From: Verrucomicrobiales bacterium
GTDB taxonomy: Bacteria; Verrucomicrobiota; Verrucomicrobiia; Verrucomicrobiales; SLCJ01
DNA: 15,942 nt
Assembly (NCBI GenBank): GCA_046075565.1
Contig: JBJTQJ010000077.1
Location: forward strand, 1 to 15,942
Direction: 5' to 3'
Below the pieces are notes generated by a model. The model saw only the letters and a program-made list of their open reading frames with translations. It ran no database searches and had not been told where the DNA came from. Made by a program: the position numbers and the translations under genes. This document shows positions 1 through 6,879 of the stretch, piece by piece (the first letter of the stretch is position 1; every line of letters starts with the position of its first letter).

Positions 1-170
1 ACTAGCCAGCAAACCCTCGAACCCCTCAACTGAGCGCCACCCCGTGTAGTGAAGACCTTGCGCCCGAAATCAAGCAAGCGCGGGTCTCAGGGCACCAAAA
101 ACACTCCCAGTTGCGAAAGTCGGGGTAGGGCTGTTACCCGCACCCGACCACCATAATCATAGCTTAGCCA
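1..170 (-). mobile_element. Candidate IS110-family non-coding left end encoding a structured (bridge-like) RNA; any transposase would lie outside the window
   Basis: Read on the minus strand: a -10-like TATGAT (161-156), a hairpin closed by GTCGGG/CCCGAC (119-148), then a long stem (27-32 pairs with 108-113) enclosing a large internal loop and an inner stem (53-63 with 78-87). G-U pairs favour the minus strand as the RNA. The IS110 assignment is inferred from architecture only. Confidence 0.35.
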
Positions 171-242
171 CTGGCCGGACTTTCGGGTCCGCCTCTCTCG
201 GATTTTCCTTTTCCATCCGCGTTTAAGCTGCTACAGGGGAAG

Positions 243-251
243 AAAGGAGGT
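243..251 (+). promoter_or_regulatory. Shine-Dalgarno site of the usp gene
   Basis: AAAGGAGGT ending 7 nt before ATG 259. Confidence 0.8.
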
Positions 252-258
252 TAGTGTC

Positions 259-1149
259 ATGAAAACATTCGGGACGATTGTGGTCGGAATAGACTTTTCC
301 GATGCTTCACTGGCGGCCCTTCGGGAAGCGATTCGGCTGGCCCGCGATGGCGGCAGGGTGGTGGCGGTCGAGGTCGTCGAGAAAGAACTGATCGAGGACC
401 AGATTCGTTTCCACCAGGTGGCGGCGGAGCAGGCGTTGGACCGCATCCACTCGAATCTGATCCGCCATCTGGCGGTGAATGGTGCCGACCATGGCGTGGA
501 GGCGAGGGTGATTGTTGGTTCGCCCTTCACCGGCTTGATCGAAGTGGTCGAAGCCGTGCATGCCGATGTTCTGGTGCTCGGCTCGAGAGGATGGGATCAC
601 AACCCGGGTTCGGTTGGGACGGTGGCTGCGCGGTGCGTGCGCAAGGCGAATCTGCCCGTCATGCTGGTGCGCCGTCATCACCACGGGGCGTTCCATCGCA
701 TCGTGGCTTGCACGGATTATTCCCCGACCGCAACGATGGCGGTCCAGCGCGCCGGGTGGCTCGCGCGAGAGGAGGGTGCCATGCTGGATCTGGTGCATGT
801 GGATTATCCCGTCTGGCTGCAACCGGTGCATATCCAGTATGATTTGCAGCGTGTGCCGGAAGAGGGCTACCGCGACCAATACCGGGCGTTGATGCGCGAA
901 CGTCTCGCCAATCATCTGGTGACCGTTTGCCCGGATGCTCCCTCGGAATGGAAAACCCACGTTCTCGAGGATGTGCGGGCGTCCGATGCCATCGCACGGT
1001 TCCTCAAGGAGGTCCAAGCCGATCTGGTGGTGCTCGGCACGGCCGGGCGGAGCGGATTGAATGCCCTGTTGCTCGGCACCACGGCCGAACGATTGATCCA
1101 TCGTTCCGAGTGTTCGGTTCTGGCCATCAAACCGCCAGCGGTGGATTAA
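259..1149 (+). CDS. Universal stress protein with two tandem Usp domains
   Basis: Domain 1 has IVVGIDFSDAS and ADVLVLGSRG...GTVAARCVRKANLPVMLV. Domain 2 has IVACTDYSPTA and ADLVVLGTAGRSG...LLGTTAERLIHRSECSVLAI. Strong SD upstream. Confidence 0.95.
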   Translation: MKTFGTIVVGIDFSDASLAALREAIRLARDGGRVVAVEVVEKELIEDQIRFHQVAAEQALDRIHSNLIRHLAVNGADHGVEARVIVGSPFTGLIEVVEAVHADVLVLGSRGWDHNPGSVGTVAARCVRKANLPVMLVRRHHHGAFHRIVACTDYSPTATMAVQRAGWLAREEGAMLDLVHVDYPVWLQPVHIQYDLQRVPEEGYRDQYRALMRERLANHLVTVCPDAPSEWKTHVLEDVRASDAIARFLKEVQADLVVLGTAGRSGLNALLLGTTAERLIHRSECSVLAIKPPAVD

Positions 1150-1304
1150 GCCTGAGGAAAACCCAAGAAGGCGGGAAAGCGGAAAAGTTCTGTGGTTTCC
1201 ACGGTGCTCGCGGAGACCTGCTTTCGGCGGCACCATTGCTGACCAAAAGTGGCGGTGCGAAAGTCGCACGGCAAGTGAGGTGATCGGCCGAATTCAGGCG
1301 AAAC

Positions 1305-1697
1305 TCATGGTCTTGTCGGGCGGACGATCCGTTCCCATTCCAATTTTGGATAATGACCGAAGTTCACCAGCAGTCCGAGTTCGTATCCGGTTGCGTTGAG
1401 GTAATTCAGGACTTGGGCGCGGTGTTCGCTGGCCAGCTTGGAAACCGCTTTGATTTCAACGATGATTTTCCCAAAGCAAATGAAATCGGCAAAGTAACGC
1501 TGCTTGAGCGGGCGACCTTTGTATGCGAGCGGCAATCCCACTTGCGCCTCCCAGGGTATTACCTGTATCTCCAATTCGTGTTCCAGGCTCTCCTGATAGA
1601 CCGGTTCGAGAAATCCGCACCCCTTGTCTGTATAGACCTCAAAGCAGGCACCAATGATTCGGTAGGATTCCTCCTTGAAAAGTATGGTTGGTTCCAT
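1305..1697 (-). CDS. GxxExxY protein (PD-(D/E)XK nuclease-like superfamily)
   Basis: Signature GFLEPVY, then ADFIC...IIVEIKAV (D...ExK), and AQVLNYL...GLLVNFG; 130 aa, typical of the family. Confidence 0.95.
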   Translation of the reverse strand: MEPTILFKEESYRIIGACFEVYTDKGCGFLEPVYQESLEHELEIQVIPWEAQVGLPLAYKGRPLKQRYFADFICFGKIIVEIKAVSKLASEHRAQVLNYLNATGYELGLLVNFGHYPKLEWERIVRPTRP

Positions 1698-1740
1698 CGT
1701 TTAACTACGATTGGTTGAGAAGACCACAAAGATAGGCCAA

Positions 1741-1829
1741 CGAAACACGCGAAACACACGAAATCTTGATGCGGGAGGGTATCGTCACGACTTTCCTCCC
1801 GTTGGTTCTTTTCGTTTGTTTTGTGTGTT
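1741..1829. repeat. Long imperfect inverted repeat whose left arm contains 9-bp-period CGAAACAC units
   Basis: 1744-1763 pairs with 1810-1829 (one mismatch, two G-T), and 1771-1779 pairs with 1794-1802. CGAAACAC occurs at 1741 and 1750, with CGAAA at 1759. Confidence 0.8.
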
Positions 1830-1934
1830 GATGAGGCCCTGCCTGCGGCATCGTTGGCATGATTTCCGGGTTCCAGTTGGGCCCCCTTCCGTTCCAGCCT
1901 CAAATATTTCAAAATCCGGATTGATTTCCCGGGC

Positions 1935-1963
1935 TTGCCGACGGGGGAGGTCCGCGCCATAAT
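1935..1963 (+). promoter_or_regulatory. Putative sigma70 promoter of rsmE
   Basis: TTGCCG (1935-1940), 17-nt spacer, CATAAT (1958-1963); ATG at 1974. Confidence 0.6.
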
Positions 1964-1973
1964 CGGCGGTTCT

Positions 1974-2726
1974 ATGGCCCACCGGTTTTACCTTCCTCCC
2001 GAATCATGGAATCCCCAGGCTCCCGCGCTTACGGGCGCGGAAGCGCACCATGCCTCCGATGTCCTGCGCGTGCGCGAGGGCGAAGCGGTGGTGGTCTTTG
2101 ATGGACGCGGTAACGAACAAGCGGTGAAGGTGGCTTCCATCGGGCGCGACCTCATCGAACTTTCGCCCGGCCCGGTGGCGAAATCGCAACCCTTGCGCTG
2201 CCGGATTTCCCTTGCCCAGGCCATTCCCAAAGGCAAGAACATGGATCTCATCGTGCAGAAAGCCACCGAACTGGGAGCGGGCGCGATTTTCCCCGTGCTT
2301 TCGGAACGGGTCGTCGTGCGCATCGAACGCGAGGAGGCGGAATCCAAACGCGAGAAATGGCAACGGGTCGCCATCGAGGCGTGCAAACAAAGCGGACAAA
2401 ATTTTCTGCCCGAGGTCTCGCTGCCGCTGACCATGGAGGCCTTGCTCGCCGCGCAGGCATCTTCGTATGAATTGGTGATCATCGCCTCGTTGCAACATGG
2501 TTCGCGGCATTTGAAGGCCCTCTTGGAAGAACACACCTCCATGCGCGGCAAAGCACCTTCGAGTGTGTTGATGTTGATCGGGCCGGAAGGCGACTTCACG
2601 CCCGCCGAAATCAACCGCGCCATGGGTGCGGGAGCCCAGCCGATGACCCTTGGTCCCATTGTCTTGCGCTCCGAAACCGCCGCCCTCTATAGCCTGAGCG
2701 TGCTCGCCCACGAGCTGCAAGGATGA
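1974..2726 (+). CDS. rsmE: 16S rRNA m3U1498 methyltransferase RsmE
   Basis: MAHRFY start, EAHHASDVLRV, KGKNMDLIVQKATELG, EACKQSG, and the SPOUT motif IGPEGDF...LGPIVLRSETA. Start moved from TTG 1935 (which is the -35 box) to ATG 1974. Confidence 0.96.
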   Translation: MAHRFYLPPESWNPQAPALTGAEAHHASDVLRVREGEAVVVFDGRGNEQAVKVASIGRDLIELSPGPVAKSQPLRCRISLAQAIPKGKNMDLIVQKATELGAGAIFPVLSERVVVRIEREEAESKREKWQRVAIEACKQSGQNFLPEVSLPLTMEALLAAQASSYELVIIASLQHGSRHLKALLEEHTSMRGKAPSSVLMLIGPEGDFTPAEINRAMGAGAQPMTLGPIVLRSETAALYSLSVLAHELQG

Positions 2727-2776
2727 TCACCGCGGGAAATCCGCGGTTTTCATTTCCCGTTCGCAACGAAACCCAT

Positions 2777-2805
2777 TTGGCATTCCTCCGGTCCACGTCT
2801 ATAAA
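2777..2805 (+). promoter_or_regulatory. Putative sigma70 promoter giving a leaderless transcript
   Basis: TTGGCA, 17-nt spacer, TATAAA; only 5 nt separate it from ATG 2811. Confidence 0.45.
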
Positions 2806-2810
2806 GACTG

Positions 2811-4091
2811 ATGAACCGATTCCTTTCCCTGTCGGTGGGCTGTGTATTCTGGCTGACGGTCCTCCATGCGGCTCCGAATCCCGAACCATTCCCGAAGCCG
2901 CCAAACATCAAGGGTTTGCAGGTGCAGATGACTTCGGATGCCTTGAGCCTCGGGATTCATCATGCGGCAATCAATGTGAATCTGAGTGCGCTGCTTGATC
3001 TGTCCGGCCAGCCGGGCAACCCCACGAGAACCGTGGGAACCCACACCTTCGGATTCAACCGGGTGTATTTGGAATCTTTGGACAAGCAGATCAAACCACT
3101 CAGTGACGCGGGCGTCGTCGTCTATGCTATTCTGCTCGCTTATCCCACGAAGGATCCGGAGAAAGACGCGATTCTCCTGCACCCCGGGCACAGGAAGGAC
3201 TACAAATTCGGCATCGGCGGATTCAATGCAGGAACCGAAATTGGTCGAGCATGGACCATCGCGGTCACGGAGTTGTTGGCGGAGCGTTGGTCAGGTCGGG
3301 ATTCATCACACGGCCGCGTTTGGGGATGGATTGTCGGCAATGAAGTGAACTCCCATTTCCAGTGGTATAACATCGGCAATGTCACCCTGGAAGAGGCCAC
3401 CGAAAGCTACGCCCGGGCATTCCGGTTGTTTCATCAATCCTTGCGCAAATCTTCTGCCTCGGCCCGGTTGTATATTTCTTTCGACCATCACTGGTCGATT
3501 GGGATGCATAACGTCGATCCGCTGGAAGCAAAAACAGGGCGTGGATTCCTCGACGCTTTTGCCGCGGCCATCCGAAGGGAAGGGGACTTGGATTGGCATG
3601 TGGCGTGGCATCCGTATCCGGAAGACCTCGGCAATCCCCGCACTTGGAATGATCCCACGGTCACCCGGGAGGCGAGCACGCCCAAGATCACCTTCAAGAA
3701 TCTGGAAGTGCTGGCCGCATACCTGAAGCGGCCGGAGTTATTGTATCAAGGGTCTCCAAGACGGATCATTCTTTCCGAACAGGGGTTCCATACCCTTGGC
3801 CTACCCGATGGGGAAAAAATCCAAGCAGCGGCATTCGCGTATGCTTGGGAGAAATGCCAGCGCGTCCCGTTGGTGGACGCGTTCATTTACCATCGTCATG
3901 TGGATCACGCGCACGAGGGAGGCTTGAGGCTCGGGCTTTGGAGAAATAAACCCGGCTCAATTGCCGATCCCGCTGCGAAAAAAGAAATCTACGACCTATT
4001 TCAAAAAGCCGGAACCCCTGCCTGGAACGAAGCGGCGGCGGCCCTCCTCCCCACCACGGGATTGCGGACGTGGGATGATCTGGGAAAGTAA
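2811..4091 (+). CDS. Secreted DUF5722-like protein, putative clan GH-A glycoside hydrolase
   Basis: Signal peptide ending ...TVLHA. Motifs KGLQV, WIVGNEVN (acid/base-like), AWHPYP, IILSEQGF (nucleophile-like) and YHRHVDH...GL match my recollection of DUF5722. Confidence 0.75.
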   Translation: MNRFLSLSVGCVFWLTVLHAAPNPEPFPKPPNIKGLQVQMTSDALSLGIHHAAINVNLSALLDLSGQPGNPTRTVGTHTFGFNRVYLESLDKQIKPLSDAGVVVYAILLAYPTKDPEKDAILLHPGHRKDYKFGIGGFNAGTEIGRAWTIAVTELLAERWSGRDSSHGRVWGWIVGNEVNSHFQWYNIGNVTLEEATESYARAFRLFHQSLRKSSASARLYISFDHHWSIGMHNVDPLEAKTGRGFLDAFAAAIRREGDLDWHVAWHPYPEDLGNPRTWNDPTVTREASTPKITFKNLEVLAAYLKRPELLYQGSPRRIILSEQGFHTLGLPDGEKIQAAAFAYAWEKCQRVPLVDAFIYHRHVDHAHEGGLRLGLWRNKPGSIADPAAKKEIYDLFQKAGTPAWNEAAAALLPTTGLRTWDDLGK

Positions 4092-4223
4092 TACGCCATG
4101 CATTTTTTCCACACGGGCACTCGAGACCCGTAGTCCATCTCTAGTCCGAGCGTCTTGTGATTCTAAAACTCGCCCTCTGCAGCGCGAGCGGTCTTGCCCA
4201 CAAGTCGCAGGGGTGACCTGGTC

Positions 4224-5999
4224 TCAATACACGTCGCGCTGGTAACGTTTGGTCTTTTTCCACTCCTCCACACGGGCGATTGCCGCGTCGTGATCGAGGC
4301 CGCCCTCATTGATGACGATTTGGATGAGGGTTTCATGCACGTCCTGGGCCATGCGGCTGGCGTCGCCGCAGACGTAGAAGTGCGCGCCTTCTTCGAGCCA
4401 GGCCCAGAGTTCGCGCGCTCTTTCGAGCATGCGGTGTTGCACGTAGATTTTTTCCTTCTGGTCGCGTGAGAAGGCGACATCGAGGCGGGTCAACGCACCC
4501 GACTTGAGGTGGTCCTGCCATTCGAGCTGGTAGAGGAAATCGTAGGTGTAATGTTGGTCGCCGAAGAATAGCCACGATTTGCCGCCGTCGCCGTTGGCGG
4601 CGCGTTCCTCGACGAACGCACGGTAGGGGGCGATGCCAGTGCCGGGACCGACCATGATGACGGGGGTGTCGCCGCTGGAGGGTAGTTTGAAGTTCTTGTT
4701 GGCGTGCGTGTAAACCGATGCGGTATGGCTTTGGTCGAGCAGATCGGCGACGAAGGTTGAGGCCACGCCCTTGCGCAGGCGTCCGTGGGTTTCATAACGA
4801 ACAGCCGCGACCGTGAGGTGGACTTCACCCGGATGGGCCTTGAGGCTGGAGGCGATGGAATAAAGACGCGGCGGCAATTTCCGCAGCAATCCGCAAAAGG
4901 CTTGGGCGTCGAGGCCGGAGCAGGGGAATTCTTCCAGCAGATCAACAATCTGCCGACCGTGCAACCAGTCGATGAGTTCCTTCTTGTTTTCCGGGTCGAG
5001 CAGACGGGCGATTTTCTCCGATTGCGCGATGGTCTGGTATTTGCCGAGAACCACGGAGGTAAGCCCGGTGATGTCCAGATGGCCGGTCAGCGCGTCGGCG
5101 AGAGTGTAGGTTTCGTCATCCTTCAGCGATATCCGGGTATTGGCGCTGAATTTTCCCGCCGCGAGGATGGCCTCGACCACGTCGGGAGCGTTTTTGGGAA
5201 CAATAGCGAGGGCATCGCCGGGTTCGTAGCCCATGCCCGAACCTTCAAGGTCGAATTCGAGATGCCATGTTTCCTTGGCCGAACCGGGGCCATTGAGCAG
5301 AAACTTGCGTTTCAGCGGTGATGGAAACGGGTGTTTTTTGCCGTAGGCGATGGCGGGAATGGCGGCCTCCGAGACAGCCGTTGTCTCGCTGGCGGCAGGC
5401 ACGGCCGCCTTCAAGGCTGCGAGGACGCGCCCGAACCACTCGGCGTGGGTGGCTTCGTAATCGACGTCACAATCGGCGCGTTCGGTGAGGCGGGTCGCTC
5501 CGAGTTCGGCGAGTTTGCGGTCCACTTCCTTCCCGCATTGGCAGAATTTTTCATAGCTGGTGTCGCCGAGCGCGCAGACGGAAAAGCTGGTCCCCGAAAG
5601 GTCGAGGCCGCTAGTGGCAAGAAGTTCGTTGTAAAAGGTCGTGCTCGTGTCGGGCGGTTCCCCATCGCCCCAGGTGCTCACGATGACGAGCAGGTTGGAC
5701 ATGGTGGCGAGCGCGGAAACCTTGGCATCGGCCATGTTGAGCAGGGTGGCGTCGAATCCGGCCGCCTTGAGCTTTTTCACGTCTCCATCGCCCAACTGCT
5801 CGCTGTTGCCGGACTCCGAACCATATAGCAGGGTGACTTTTGGCTTGGCCGCGGGAGCTTTGGAGGAGAGGGCGCTTGATCCAGAGCCGGCCAGCCATCC
5901 GCTCAACCAACCGGTCTGCAAAGGACTGAGCCCGGCCAATGCGTTCGCGAGGGCTTGGCGTTGAGCGGCGGAAAATGGAGCCGAATCGGGAAGCTGCAT
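4224..5999 (-). CDS. cysJ: Sulfite reductase [NADPH] flavoprotein alpha subunit-like diflavin reductase
   Basis: N-terminal WLSGWLAG, flavodoxin motifs YGSESGNSE / STWGDGEPP / LGDTSY, FAD-binding RLYSIASS, NADPH-binding MVGPGTGIAPYR and YVCGDA, and C-terminal RYQRDVY. ATG 5999 is preferred over TTG 6056. Confidence 0.9.
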   Translation of the reverse strand: MQLPDSAPFSAAQRQALANALAGLSPLQTGWLSGWLAGSGSSALSSKAPAAKPKVTLLYGSESGNSEQLGDGDVKKLKAAGFDATLLNMADAKVSALATMSNLLVIVSTWGDGEPPDTSTTFYNELLATSGLDLSGTSFSVCALGDTSYEKFCQCGKEVDRKLAELGATRLTERADCDVDYEATHAEWFGRVLAALKAAVPAASETTAVSEAAIPAIAYGKKHPFPSPLKRKFLLNGPGSAKETWHLEFDLEGSGMGYEPGDALAIVPKNAPDVVEAILAAGKFSANTRISLKDDETYTLADALTGHLDITGLTSVVLGKYQTIAQSEKIARLLDPENKKELIDWLHGRQIVDLLEEFPCSGLDAQAFCGLLRKLPPRLYSIASSLKAHPGEVHLTVAAVRYETHGRLRKGVASTFVADLLDQSHTASVYTHANKNFKLPSSGDTPVIMVGPGTGIAPYRAFVEERAANGDGGKSWLFFGDQHYTYDFLYQLEWQDHLKSGALTRLDVAFSRDQKEKIYVQHRMLERARELWAWLEEGAHFYVCGDASRMAQDVHETLIQIVINEGGLDHDAAIARVEEWKKTKRYQRDVY

Positions 6000-6027
6000 G
6001 ACGTGGTCAGGAATGTAAGGAATGGGT

Positions 6028-6056
6028 ACGATGGAACCGAGTGGCTGGTCTGACAA
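6028..6056 (-). promoter_or_regulatory. Putative sigma70 promoter of cysJ
   Basis: Minus strand TTGTCA (6056-6051), 17-nt spacer, CATCGT (6033-6028). Confidence 0.45.
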
Positions 6057-6146
6057 GCACCTGTTCCAACGAAAATGGGCAGAATTCGCTTGCCTCCGGA
6101 GGCGTCAGCGACGATGAATTAGGTGAAATTTCCGGTTTTTTCACCT

Positions 6147-6263
6147 ATGTCTGAACGCTCCATCCAAGTCTGCGGTTTTGTCCTTGTTTACGGGATTTTT
6201 GTCTTCTGGGCCTATGCGGTTTCGAAGGTCTGGCAAATGATCCAGACGGGAATGCCGTGCTGA
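6147..6263 (+). CDS. Small 38-aa single-pass membrane protein (absent from the ORF track)
   Basis: MSERSIQVCGFVLVYGIFVFWAYAVSKVWQMIQTGMPC; uninterrupted hydrophobic stretch of about 19 aa; fills the intergenic gap and ends 19 nt before the next ATG. Confidence 0.55.
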   Translation: MSERSIQVCGFVLVYGIFVFWAYAVSKVWQMIQTGMPC

Positions 6264-6282
6264 GAGTGGCGACACCCCGCCG

Positions 6283-6789
6283 ATGAGCACGAACTCTGAA
6301 GGGAACCACCGGCGGACCACGCCATTCCGATACCTTGCGGCGATGGCCGCCCTGATGGTTGGTTCCGCCGGGGTTGCCTTGGTGGACAAAAGCCGCCGCG
6401 CCGGTGAGGAGGTGACTGTTCTGCCCACCGCACTGGGCGACAAAGCCTGGCATCCCTCCGGGGTGGATCGCCTTGCTCCCGAATTGCTGGGTCTGCCTTT
6501 GGCGCATTTCCGGGGCAAACCCCTCTACCCGCAGGGCAGGGTGGCCCGGGAAATGCGCGCCGATGCGATGATGCGGGTGGGCACGACCGATTCCGGGGCT
6601 TTCGGGGTCTTTGCCCCGGCTGACAAACCCGTGGAGCCGGCCACGGGCCTTCTATTGATGGTGGGCGTGCGGCCCGAAAATCTCCAACGCGGCATTTTCC
6701 GGGAGGTCGGTGAGGACCGGCGCTACCACAGCCTGGGCGAACCCGCCGAGCCCAACGATGGGCTGTTGCTCCCGGAGGCGGATCCGTGA
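6283..6789 (+). CDS. Hypothetical protein with N-terminal membrane anchor or signal sequence
   Basis: 168-aa ATG ORF with basic N-terminus followed by YLAAMAALMVGSAGVALV; co-oriented with purH; no family recognised. Confidence 0.7.
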   Translation: MSTNSEGNHRRTTPFRYLAAMAALMVGSAGVALVDKSRRAGEEVTVLPTALGDKAWHPSGVDRLAPELLGLPLAHFRGKPLYPQGRVAREMRADAMMRVGTTDSGAFGVFAPADKPVEPATGLLLMVGVRPENLQRGIFREVGEDRRYHSLGEPAEPNDGLLLPEADP

Positions 6790-6879
6790 AAGTCCGAATT
6801 CATCCTTGCCGCTGCCCCTTCGCATGCGATTGGTTTTCCCCATCCATTCATCCCGCATTTTTTCTCAACTCGCGAACCC

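Noticed and set aside
175..184. Minus-strand GAAAGTCCGG resembling the RNase P RNA conserved motif
   Set aside because: It lacks the preceding GAG of GAGGAAAGUCC, and no other RNase P landmarks are recognisable; a local hairpin explains it.
307..1269. 320-aa antisense ORF over usp
   Set aside because: Shadow frame of a well-supported GC-rich gene; no recognisable motifs.
1741..1763. Short periodic repeats considered as a CRISPR array
   Set aside because: The period is 9 bp with no spacers, and there are no cas genes in the window.
1559..1982. ORFs 1559-1960, 1711-1962 and 1785-1982 across the GxxExxY-rsmE gap
   Set aside because: They translate the inverted repeat and promoter DNA (for example FVCFACFV) and overlap real features.
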